Below are positions 37,525-46,413 of a DNA stretch of 64,000 nt, one piece after another. This DNA comes from Fibrobacteria bacterium (lineage in GTDB: Bacteria; Fibrobacterota; Fibrobacteria; UBA11236; JADFYW01): the NCBI GenBank assembly GCA_050294405.1, contig JBNKOC010000012.1, forward strand, positions 512,001 to 576,000. Direction: 5' to 3'. A program made the translations under genes and the position numbers. How positions within the stretch are numbered: position 1 is the first letter of the stretch; each line of letters begins with the position of its first letter. Under the pieces are notes generated by a model that was given only the letters and a program-made list of their open reading frames with translations, was not told where the DNA came from and searched no databases.

Positions 37525-39230
37525 AAGGCCTTAAATTGCCCTATTTAAAATTTTTGGCCTTGGCCATTTTTGTGCTTTTTTCGGGAACTCATGCCTTAAG
37601 CAGAGTAACATGGTTTTTTGGCTTATACAGCTTTGGAAAAGCCCTTGTTTTAAGCTCTGTGTACCTGGCAATATTAACATTTTGCCTAACTGCAATTTGG
37701 ACTACAGCAAACCATAAACGCTTGTGGTACAGAGCCATTTTTGGGTTGCCTCTTTGCATTAGCGCCTTTGTGGGAGCTTCCTACGAATCCATTACCGGAG
37801 CCATTGTAAACTTCAACAGCGTAGCCACGCTAATAAATAACATGGAGTTTTTAGACGAAGCCTACAGCACATATATATCCGATTTAAGTTTGCCCATTTT
37901 TTCAAGTGTTGCAGGCTATATAGGGGTTTTGCTCCCCCATGTATTTATCAATTGGCCCCTGCAGATTTTTGGTTCCCGGTTTAAAAAAACATTTTATCAC
38001 TCCCTATTTTCTTTTGGCTTTCCATTGAGCCCATATCCACTTTTATTTTTTATTATGATGCTTTATCACGGCAATGGCTTTGAGGGCGTGCCCATGCAAT
38101 ACAAAGTAAGTGTTCCCTGGATGATGTATTATGTGAACCAGGCCCTTTCTCCTGAAATCCTGCGCCGTCCCCCTGAATTAACCCAACTGGAAGGCGATAA
38201 AGCAGATAAAGACATTGTTATCATAATGGATGAAAGTATTCGGGCCGATTTTTTGGACATAAACATGGATAGGCAAACCACGCCCTCCCTTTTAGCCGCA
38301 GAAGACAAATACAGCAATTTTGGTATAACCTCTGCTGCCAGTAACTGCTCCAGGGCTTCCAACCTAACCGTTCGTTTTTTAATTAGTCCTGATTCGGTGA
38401 AAGAATCCTATTACCACAACCCCTCTATCTGGTCTTTTGCTAAGCTGGCAGGATACCAAAGCATATACATCGACGCCCAATCCGATTATGGGCAACCCAC
38501 AAATAGTTTTGATAAAGAAGAACAAAAAGAGGTGGATAAATACATTTTGCCTTCAGGAAAAACATCCAGGGAAAAGGATATGTTGGCCCTTAAAAGCCTG
38601 CTTGGTTTTTTAAACGACAGTATTCCCCAATTTATATTTTTGTTAAAGGAGGGAATTCATTTTCCCTACGATGAAAAATATCCGGCCTCTGAAGAAGTTT
38701 TTAAGCCGAGCCAAAAAACAGCCAACATGTCTTCTGAAGAAAAAAGACAAGCCAAAGTAAACGCTTATAAAAATGCCATCCGCTATACCCTTAATCCGTT
38801 TTTTGAAGAACTTTTCCGGGATAGTATTTCACAGCCCTTTGTTTTGTACTACACAGCCGACCATGGCCAAAATCTTTTGGATGATGGATTGGAAGTCACC
38901 CATTGCCGCTATGAAAATGTCATAGTGGAAGAGGGGATGGTTCCCTTTTTTGCGTACAGCAATATAGATGCAGAAAAAAAGCGATTTAAGGAAGTGGCTC
39001 ACAAAAAACTAAATCAACTTTCCCAGTTTTCCCTTGCTCCCAGCCTTTTGGCCCACATGGGTTTTTCTGAGGAACAGATAAAAACAAAATACGGATTCCC
39101 CATTTGGGCCGATACCCTGCCGGAACAAAAATTTATAACTTATGGCATCGAAAATTTCTTTTTGGGAATTGGGCTTAAAACCCATATCACCTGGTTTTCT
39201 TTTCCCTCGGCTTCCGCCCAGACACCCTAA
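37515..39230 (+). CDS. membrane-anchored sulfatase-like / phosphoethanolamine-transferase-like protein
   Basis: N-terminal TM helices; IVIIMDESIRAD, GIHFPY, YTADHGQ metal-ligand motifs of the alkaline-phosphatase superfamily. Confidence 0.75.
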   Translation: MEIKGLKLPYLKFLALAIFVLFSGTHALSRVTWFFGLYSFGKALVLSSVYLAILTFCLTAIWTTANHKRLWYRAIFGLPLCISAFVGASYESITGAIVNFNSVATLINNMEFLDEAYSTYISDLSLPIFSSVAGYIGVLLPHVFINWPLQIFGSRFKKTFYHSLFSFGFPLSPYPLLFFIMMLYHGNGFEGVPMQYKVSVPWMMYYVNQALSPEILRRPPELTQLEGDKADKDIVIIMDESIRADFLDINMDRQTTPSLLAAEDKYSNFGITSAASNCSRASNLTVRFLISPDSVKESYYHNPSIWSFAKLAGYQSIYIDAQSDYGQPTNSFDKEEQKEVDKYILPSGKTSREKDMLALKSLLGFLNDSIPQFIFLLKEGIHFPYDEKYPASEEVFKPSQKTANMSSEEKRQAKVNAYKNAIRYTLNPFFEELFRDSISQPFVLYYTADHGQNLLDDGLEVTHCRYENVIVEEGMVPFFAYSNIDAEKKRFKEVAHKKLNQLSQFSLAPSLLAHMGFSEEQIKTKYGFPIWADTLPEQKFITYGIENFFLGIGLKTHITWFSFPSASAQTP

Positions 39231-39270
39231 ACCCTAACGGCAATAGCGGTTTAATATTAAGTTTATAGCC

Positions 39271-41025
39271 ATGAGTCAGGATTTTGGCCAATTCAAGGAA
39301 ACTGTTAAGGAGCGCGCAGATATCGCCCAGATTATTGGCAGTTATTTACAGCTCAAAAAGCAGGGTTCCCGATATTTGGCGGTTTGCCCTTTTCACAACG
39401 ACCATAAACCCAGCATGAACGTGACTCCTCAAATGGGAATTTACCGCTGTTTCGTATGTGGGGCCAGTGGCGATGTGTTCAGTTTTTTACAGGAGTACGA
39501 AAAGCTTTCCTTTATGGAGGCATTAAAATTGGTGGCGGAAAAGGTGGGCCTGGAAATGCCCAGGCAATTTGAAAAAGGCGAAGGAGACTCAGGGGAGCTT
39601 AAAGATTTGATGTTTAAGGCCAACGCTCTGGCTGCGGATTTTTACCAGCAGGAATTAAAAAAATCAGGACCTGCCATGGAATACATCAAGAAACGTGGCA
39701 TTTCTCCCGAATCCCAAAAAAAATTTCAGCTGGGCTTTGCGCCTTCCAGTTGGGACGCTTTCTATCGCTATGCATTGAGTAAGGGTTTTAAACAGGATTT
39801 ATTAATTAAAGGGGGCCTGATAAAACTGGGCAATGGCAATCGGCCCATGGATAGGTTTGTGAATCGATTGATTTTTCCCATTTGGAATTTGAGCCATAAA
39901 ATTGTGGGCTTTGGGGGCAGGGGTCTTGAACCCGACTCGGTTCCCAAATACTTGAATTCACCGGAAACCATGTTATACCAAAAATCCCATATATTATACG
40001 GGCTCAATTTTGCCCGGCTTTCCTTAAAAAAAGCCGAGGAGTTGATATTAGTGGAAGGCTACATGGATGTAATTGCCCTCCACCAATTTGGCCTGGAAAA
40101 TTCCATTTCAGTTTCGGGAACCGCTCTTACAGACCAACATGTAAAACGCATTAGAAGTTTCGCCCAGCGGGTTTACCTTTGCCTGGATGGCGATAATGCG
40201 GGCCAACGCGCGGCAGAAAAATCACTGCCCATGTTAATGTCGGCGGGTATCGAGGTTAAAATTCCCGATTTGCCCAGTGAACACGACCCCGATTCTTATT
40301 GCCGCCAGTTCGGCGTGGAGGGTTTTAAAGAACTGCTGGAAAAGTCCAAAGGCCCGGTGGAATTTTTACTGCGCGAATATTTAAAAAAGCCCGACTCCTT
40401 TAGTCCTGAGCAAAAGGATATGGTTTATAAACAGGCCACGGGGGTGATCTCGAACTCTCCTTCGGAAATCGTGCGCGCCGAATACCAACTTCAAATTCGG
40501 AAATTATTAGGAATAAGCGCCAACCTGGAATCCAGGCCTCAAATTCAAAAAACTCAAACTCCTGTGAGCAAAAATTTTCCTGCGGCTAATTTGCAGAAAA
40601 GGGTGGCGGATAAGGTGAAGAGGGATATTGAATGGAAATTTTTACAGATTTTAATTTCCGAGCCCAAACTTTATCCCGAAATTTCGGATTCCATTCATTT
40701 GGAATGGTTTCAAGACCAGTTTTTACAGGAATTGCTGGACAGGTTCTTTTTTTATCTCTCCAATCAGGAAAGTTATCATATCAAGGGGCTTTTGGAAGTT
40801 CTGTTGGAAAACCAGAAATTGGCCGTAGAAAATATGGAAATTTTAGAAATTTCTAATTTTTCTACCACCTTGCAGGAAATAAAGGATATAATTTCAGAAT
40901 TGGGAAGACGGTATTATCGTAGGTCTATGAGGGAAATCACCATTCAGATCCGTGAAAACAAAATGGACAAATCCGAAGGCCGTCAAGAGCTATTACGTTT
41001 GCAAAAAGAAATGGAAAGCATTTAG
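39271..41025 (+). CDS. dnaG: DNA primase
   Basis: CPFHNDHKPS...YRCFVC, DRFVNRLIFPI, PKYLNSPET, VEGYMDV, LDGDNAG, DPD. Confidence 0.97.
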   Translation: MSQDFGQFKETVKERADIAQIIGSYLQLKKQGSRYLAVCPFHNDHKPSMNVTPQMGIYRCFVCGASGDVFSFLQEYEKLSFMEALKLVAEKVGLEMPRQFEKGEGDSGELKDLMFKANALAADFYQQELKKSGPAMEYIKKRGISPESQKKFQLGFAPSSWDAFYRYALSKGFKQDLLIKGGLIKLGNGNRPMDRFVNRLIFPIWNLSHKIVGFGGRGLEPDSVPKYLNSPETMLYQKSHILYGLNFARLSLKKAEELILVEGYMDVIALHQFGLENSISVSGTALTDQHVKRIRSFAQRVYLCLDGDNAGQRAAEKSLPMLMSAGIEVKIPDLPSEHDPDSYCRQFGVEGFKELLEKSKGPVEFLLREYLKKPDSFSPEQKDMVYKQATGVISNSPSEIVRAEYQLQIRKLLGISANLESRPQIQKTQTPVSKNFPAANLQKRVADKVKRDIEWKFLQILISEPKLYPEISDSIHLEWFQDQFLQELLDRFFFYLSNQESYHIKGLLEVLLENQKLAVENMEILEISNFSTTLQEIKDIISELGRRYYRRSMREITIQIRENKMDKSEGRQELLRLQKEMESI

Positions 41026-41117
41026 GCCTTTTCCATAAATTTTTGTGAACAAAATTGAACCATTGGGAATTCAATAATTTAGTTTATTGACCCATTCACT
41101 TCTGAAGGATCTATTAC

Positions 41118-42635
41118 ATGAATGAGATAGATGCAAAAATAATCCGGCGTCTCCAAAAACAAAACAAGCTCCAGGGCTTTTTAGCTGAAAATCAAATCCG
41201 GGAGTTGGCTAAATCCGAAGAACGCTTCCAGGAATTGAAGCAGTATTTTGAGGACAACGGCGTTCGCATCACTCAATTCAAAGTTAAAACCAGAAAGACT
41301 CCCCAAAAATCAGATATAAAAAAGGTCAGTCGTTTTAACGATCCCACCTGGGTTTACTTAAACTCTGTGGGAAAAGTACCTCTGCTTTCCCGGGCCGAAG
41401 AAGTAAACATCGCCAAAAAAATCGAAGAAGTGCAAAAAAGAATTTGCGCCATCCTCTATTTGTCTCCGTCCATGATTGATGAAATTATCCATTTGGGAAA
41501 CCAGGTTTTGGATGAGGGTCTTAAAGTTGAAGAAATTATTCAAATTGATAACGAAGCCTGGACGGACTCCAAAGTTTATGAGTCTGAACACAACCGCGCC
41601 GTTCGATTAATTAAGAAAATTAAAGATTTCCACCAAAGGCTCTCTGATTTAAAAGAACAGTTTAAGGCGTTAAAAGAAAAAAGCCACAACGAAAACAACA
41701 AAGAGATTCAAAACATCGCTGTGGAAATAAAAACCATGGAAGATGAATTAGTGGAGTCGGGTATCAATTTAAAAATGAGCCATAAGCAAATTGACCGCCT
41801 CATTGGAAAGTTCAAAACAGAACAAGGTGATGTTCCCTCTAACATTGAAAAAATCAAAAAGATTAAACAGTGGGAATATGTGAGGGAAAGAGCCAAAGAA
41901 GAACTTATTGAGGCCAATGTGCGCTTGGTGGTTTCCATAGCCAAACGCTATACATCAAAAGGTTTGGAGCTAATTGATTTGGTGCAGGAAGGCAACAGCG
42001 GCCTTATCCGGGCTGTGGAAAATTTCGATTATACCAAAGGCTATAAATTTTCCACTTACGCAACCTGGTGGATTAAGCAAAGCATCACCAGAGCTATAGC
42101 CGATAAAGCCAAAACCATTCGTATCCCTGCAAACATGCTGGACATAAGCCGCAAGGTGATGAAAACCTATAGGGAAATCCACCAAAGAACAGGTAAACAA
42201 CCCTCCGCAGAAGTAGTTGCAAAAAAAGTAGGCTGCTCAGTTAAAAAAGTGCAGTTGGCATTAGATGTTTCTCAGGACCCCATTTCCCTGGATGGATACA
42301 TTACAGGGGATGAGTTTAATACCATTTCCGAATTTATTGAAGATAAATCTGTGGACAGGCCTTCCCAGGTGGCCAACATGCGCCGTCTCAGGGAACAAAT
42401 TAATTCCGTGCTAAGCACTCTGGATTCCAAAGAAAAAGATATTGTGCGCATGCGCTTCGGATTGGACGATGGACAGGTGAAAACCTTGAAGGAAATTGGA
42501 GATCGTTTTAAAATTTCCCGAGAACGGGTTCGCCAAATCGAATCCAAGGCTTTGGCCAAACTCCAGCACCCCAGCCGTGTGAAGCAGCTTGAGGGTTGGA
42601 GCACAGATATGGAAGATGTTTATATAGGGTTTTAG
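41118..42635 (+). CDS. rpoD: primary RNA polymerase sigma-70 factor
   Basis: [57 protein letters not shown]...RERVRQIE; follows dnaG. Confidence 0.93.
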   Translation: MNEIDAKIIRRLQKQNKLQGFLAENQIRELAKSEERFQELKQYFEDNGVRITQFKVKTRKTPQKSDIKKVSRFNDPTWVYLNSVGKVPLLSRAEEVNIAKKIEEVQKRICAILYLSPSMIDEIIHLGNQVLDEGLKVEEIIQIDNEAWTDSKVYESEHNRAVRLIKKIKDFHQRLSDLKEQFKALKEKSHNENNKEIQNIAVEIKTMEDELVESGINLKMSHKQIDRLIGKFKTEQGDVPSNIEKIKKIKQWEYVRERAKEELIEANVRLVVSIAKRYTSKGLELIDLVQEGNSGLIRAVENFDYTKGYKFSTYATWWIKQSITRAIADKAKTIRIPANMLDISRKVMKTYREIHQRTGKQPSAEVVAKKVGCSVKKVQLALDVSQDPISLDGYITGDEFNTISEFIEDKSVDRPSQVANMRRLREQINSVLSTLDSKEKDIVRMRFGLDDGQVKTLKEIGDRFKISRERVRQIESKALAKLQHPSRVKQLEGWSTDMEDVYIGF

Positions 42636-42640
42636 AATGG

Positions 42641-44041
42641 ATGGGCGCTAAGGACTTTGCATATCATTTAAGATTTCAGCTGGCAAAGACCTTAAAAGAC
42701 TGGAATATCTTTCTAGACACCTGGAAAAAAAACCGTGGCGTAGGCAAAATTTTCAGGGATACAGATCCCTATCCAGATTCAGCAAGCTTAGGACTTCCCA
42801 GTTTATCTGTCCCCTGGAGCCAGTCCGCCTATGTTGCCGATTGGCTTAAAGCCAGAAAAAAATTAATACTCGCCCTTTCTCTCGGACTCCCTGGAATAGC
42901 TCTGCTGGTTTGGTTCGCCGGAAATCTTCCCAATGAAATTAGCTTAAGCGCCTTAACCCCAGCTCCCCAGGTGGAGATGCCAAGTCCCGAACCTGTTAAC
43001 AAGCCGGAACCAATGCAGGATAGCGCCACAGCAACATCAGAAAGCAAGCCGCCTGAAAAGACTGCGGAAATAAAAATTCCCAATAACATTCCGCTTTTAG
43101 TGGCCTCTAAAAAACGGGGTGAAATGTTTCTATACCAGTTTAAAAACAAAGAATGGAAACTGGTGAAAAGCTGGCCCATGTTATATGGAGCCAATGAGGG
43201 AAATAAGCAAGTGGAAGGCGATAAAAAGACACCGGAAGGGAATTACTGGATAACCCAAATTTATCCAGGTCCCAGGGTAGGGGAGTTATATGGCTCACTC
43301 ATTTTTACTTTGAATTTTCCCAATGAAAAAGATTTGGCCGCGGGTAAAACCGGAGATGGTATCTGGATTCATGGAAATCCCTTCGGCAAACCCATGGAGA
43401 GAACCAAAGGCTGTTTGAAACTGTCCAATGCGGATATGTTGGATCTTTTTCCCCATGTTAATAGGGCAACGCCTGTGGTGGTTCTTTCCAATACGGATTC
43501 ACGCACTCATCCATCCGAATTTGATTTGGCCTGGGTACCCAAGGACTACCCGGAAAGATTAAAAATAAAGGCGGAGCCCTATAACGAAAATTCAAAACTT
43601 TTAAGTTTGGAGGAGATTCGGATTATTGCCAAGCGATTTGTGGAAAGCGAAGAAAAGCTTTTTGCCTTTAGGGAGAAAAATACTTTGCCTCCCGAAGAAG
43701 TGGATAAAATCATGGCCCGAATTGAAAAGTGGAGATCCAGTTGGGCCTCCAAAGATATGGCTGGATATCAGGAAAATTTTCACCCGGAATTTAAAGGCAA
43801 AAATGGTCGGAACCTCAAAGAGTTTGTGGAAAGAAAGAAAATCATTGTAAATAATTTGGATTCACTGAACGTGGAAGTGAGCAACATTCAGATTATTCCA
43901 CAAAATGATTCCTTTTTTGTTGTGGAATTTGATCAAAGCTACCGGGCCTATCGCGGAGGAGAAATAACTTTAGCTGCGGATTCTCAAAAGGAGCTTATAT
44001 TAAATAAAAAGGACAATAAGTGGTTAATAGCCAAAGAGTAA
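42641..44041 (+). CDS. L,D-peptidase (YkuD domain) with C-terminal NTF2/SnoaL-like domain, Csd6/Pgp2-like architecture
   Basis: TM helix and Pro-rich linker; KQVEGDKKTPEG.Y, LNFPN..D, GIWIHG...TKGC; C-terminal WRSSWASKD...VEFDQSY...KEL...KWLIAKE. ATG 42641 preferred. Confidence 0.85.
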   Translation: MGAKDFAYHLRFQLAKTLKDWNIFLDTWKKNRGVGKIFRDTDPYPDSASLGLPSLSVPWSQSAYVADWLKARKKLILALSLGLPGIALLVWFAGNLPNEISLSALTPAPQVEMPSPEPVNKPEPMQDSATATSESKPPEKTAEIKIPNNIPLLVASKKRGEMFLYQFKNKEWKLVKSWPMLYGANEGNKQVEGDKKTPEGNYWITQIYPGPRVGELYGSLIFTLNFPNEKDLAAGKTGDGIWIHGNPFGKPMERTKGCLKLSNADMLDLFPHVNRATPVVVLSNTDSRTHPSEFDLAWVPKDYPERLKIKAEPYNENSKLLSLEEIRIIAKRFVESEEKLFAFREKNTLPPEEVDKIMARIEKWRSSWASKDMAGYQENFHPEFKGKNGRNLKEFVERKKIIVNNLDSLNVEVSNIQIIPQNDSFFVVEFDQSYRAYRGGEITLAADSQKELILNKKDNKWLIAKE

Positions 44042-44077
44042 TTTTGGGGTTTTAATTTTTTTGATTTTGGAGTAAAA

Positions 44078-46267
44078 ATGGCACAGGAACCAGAAGAAAT
44101 AAAAAATCAATTAATTGCGGCTTCTGATGAGGAGCTTGCACCTTTGGCTCAAAAGGTTTTTGAGATGGTTCAGGCCAAGATGAAAACCGGCTCCTCTTCA
44201 AATTCTCCAGCGGAAAATTTATCAGCCTTTGAAGAAAAATTATCCAACTTGAGTTTAAACCTGGAGCAGCTAAGTGTCCAGGTTGGGGATTATGAAAGCT
44301 CTCGCGCCAACTACGACCTGCTCAAAAAAAACCTGGACATGTTGGTGAAGAGAAAATCCGAGGTGGAAAAAAGAATCCATGCCTTAAGTAAACAAAGCCA
44401 TTTGGTGGAAAGGGCTCACATTGAGGCTGGTCGTTTATCCTCCATTTTTTGGACAATGGAAACGCAAATCAAGGAATTAAAAAAGCGCCATAAAGAAGTT
44501 AGCAAGTTGGACAAAGCCCTGGAGCAATTAGACGATAAATACCAGAATACCCATAAGTCCATTGAGAAGATAAATCAGTTTCAATCTCTTGTGAAAAAAA
44601 GCAGTGATAACATCGAGGAGATGGAAAAACTCAGCCGGGATTTGTCCAAAAAGCTCACGGACTTCAACGATTTTAACAGCATGGTGGATTCTGTCTCCCG
44701 CAAGGTGGATGAGGTCCATGCGGTGGCTGAGGCAAATGAAAATCAATTGCAAACTTTTTTAAAGCAAAGCAAGGGGCTTGCCTCCACCCGGGAAGCCATT
44801 GAATCTTACAACAATTTGCTTTTAAATGTCAGAACCAAAATCACCGAGGTTAAAGAAGACGAATATAAAATCGACGACCTCCATAGAAAATTAGAGGGTT
44901 TAAACACTCAATTTGAAAAATTAAAAGGGAATCTCAATGATGCGGAATCCCAGCAAAAAGAATTTTCTGAATTGGAAGGAAAAATTAAAGGCCAAAATCT
45001 AAGCATTATTAAAATGGAAGAAAGGCTGGGGGCCATACAAGATATGGGGAATACCCTGGACGATTTGCAAAAGCGAGCGGAAACCTTAAAAGAAAAATCC
45101 GATGATATTACTGGCAAGATGTGGTTACTTACCCGTAAAGAAAATGAACTAAATAAAATGTCCAGTAAAATGGAACAAACCACCAAACAAGTCCACAACA
45201 CTCTTTCCAAAATTGATGAAATTTCCCACAAAGGGCATAAAGTAAATGAACTGGAAAAACGCATAGATGAGCTGGAAAAATTATCACAGGATGTTAATGG
45301 AAAAATTGTAAGCCAGTTGGAACGCCAGGCGGAACTGGAACAGTTTGAACGCAAATTAAGAGAACTTAACAGTTTAAGCGAGCAAGTTTCTCTCAAAATG
45401 GAAACCCTGAGCAAGCAGGAACAAAGGGTCGAAGAGTTGGAAAGCAACATATCTAACATGGAGGAACTGGAGGAAAGAGTCAAACAAGTTACAGAGCAAC
45501 TGGATTCCAGCCGGGAAAAAATTCTGGAAAAAGAAGATCAGGCCAAAGAAATCCATGTGGAAATGGAAAAGATCAATTCCGAGATGCACCAACAAATCGA
45601 ACGTCTGCAGGAAGAACGGCAGGAGTTTAACGCCGAAATGGATAGACGCAGCACGGCTATCAGGGCTATGGATGCCGAGCTCAAAAATTCAATGGCTCAA
45701 TTAAAAGACGACCAGGAAATGGTAAACCAAACGGAATCACGCTTGAGGGAAGCTGCAGCTTCCAGAGTGGATTTTGAAGAAGCCATGAAATCCATGGAAG
45801 AAAAATCAAGGATTATTGAATCTGTGCAAAATAAACTCAAGGATGTGAGCGAAACCAAATCCACCATTGAAAAAGAAATGGAAACTCTGCAAAAAGACTT
45901 GTACGCCCTTAAAGATGTGGAATACAGCATTGATAAATTAAAGAATCTGAAGGAAAGCCTGGTTAAGGAAGTGGAGGCTGTAAATTCAGAAAGAAAATTT
46001 ATTCGGGAAGTGCAGCAATCTGTACAGGGTATTAATCATTCCATGGAGCTTCTAGAAGCTAAAATGAAGTCCCTTGCCTTGGAAAGAAAATATGTTAAAG
46101 ATGCTGAAGCCCAAATCGAAAACTTCCACGCTTTGGTAAGTGATTTACAGTCAGAAATTGAATATATAAAAGGCGAAAAAGAAAGCATCCAGTCCTTAAG
46201 CGAAAAAATCGCGGAGCTTCAGTATTTGCTGAGCGAAGCGGACGCCAAAATAGACAGGCTCAAGTAG
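44078..46267 (+). CDS. cytoplasmic all-coiled-coil protein with 31-residue repeats
   Basis: E/K/L/S/Q-rich; no TM, no Walker motifs, no Pro after residue 44; SD GGAG before the ATG. Confidence 0.8.
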   Translation: MAQEPEEIKNQLIAASDEELAPLAQKVFEMVQAKMKTGSSSNSPAENLSAFEEKLSNLSLNLEQLSVQVGDYESSRANYDLLKKNLDMLVKRKSEVEKRIHALSKQSHLVERAHIEAGRLSSIFWTMETQIKELKKRHKEVSKLDKALEQLDDKYQNTHKSIEKINQFQSLVKKSSDNIEEMEKLSRDLSKKLTDFNDFNSMVDSVSRKVDEVHAVAEANENQLQTFLKQSKGLASTREAIESYNNLLLNVRTKITEVKEDEYKIDDLHRKLEGLNTQFEKLKGNLNDAESQQKEFSELEGKIKGQNLSIIKMEERLGAIQDMGNTLDDLQKRAETLKEKSDDITGKMWLLTRKENELNKMSSKMEQTTKQVHNTLSKIDEISHKGHKVNELEKRIDELEKLSQDVNGKIVSQLERQAELEQFERKLRELNSLSEQVSLKMETLSKQEQRVEELESNISNMEELEERVKQVTEQLDSSREKILEKEDQAKEIHVEMEKINSEMHQQIERLQEERQEFNAEMDRRSTAIRAMDAELKNSMAQLKDDQEMVNQTESRLREAAASRVDFEEAMKSMEEKSRIIESVQNKLKDVSETKSTIEKEMETLQKDLYALKDVEYSIDKLKNLKESLVKEVEAVNSERKFIREVQQSVQGINHSMELLEAKMKSLALERKYVKDAEAQIENFHALVSDLQSEIEYIKGEKESIQSLSEKIAELQYLLSEADAKIDRLK

Positions 46268-46282
46268 TAAAAATCTAAAGAG

Positions 46283-46328
46283 AGTTCTAAAACTTGAAAA
46301 TCGCAGCTTTTAGGCAAGTTTTAGAGCT
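46283..46328. repeat. 14-bp inverted repeat downstream of the coiled-coil gene
   Basis: AGTTCTAAAACTTG-N18-CAAGTTTTAGAGCT. Confidence 0.5.
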
Positions 46329-46413
46329 GCCATTATGATAAAAAACAGAGGCCGATTACCTGTACCCCTCCTTATAAATGTATAATGATCATATAGGAGA
46401 AAGATAGGGTCAA

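Noticed and set aside
44078..46267. SMC/SbcC or phage tape-measure annotation for the coiled-coil protein
   Set aside because: No Walker A/B, signature motif, hinge or zinc hook, and no phage genes nearby.
46318..46328. GTTTTAGAGCT, identical to the start of the type II-A CRISPR repeat
   Set aside because: Single 11-nt occurrence forming one arm of a local inverted repeat; no repeat-spacer array or cas genes.
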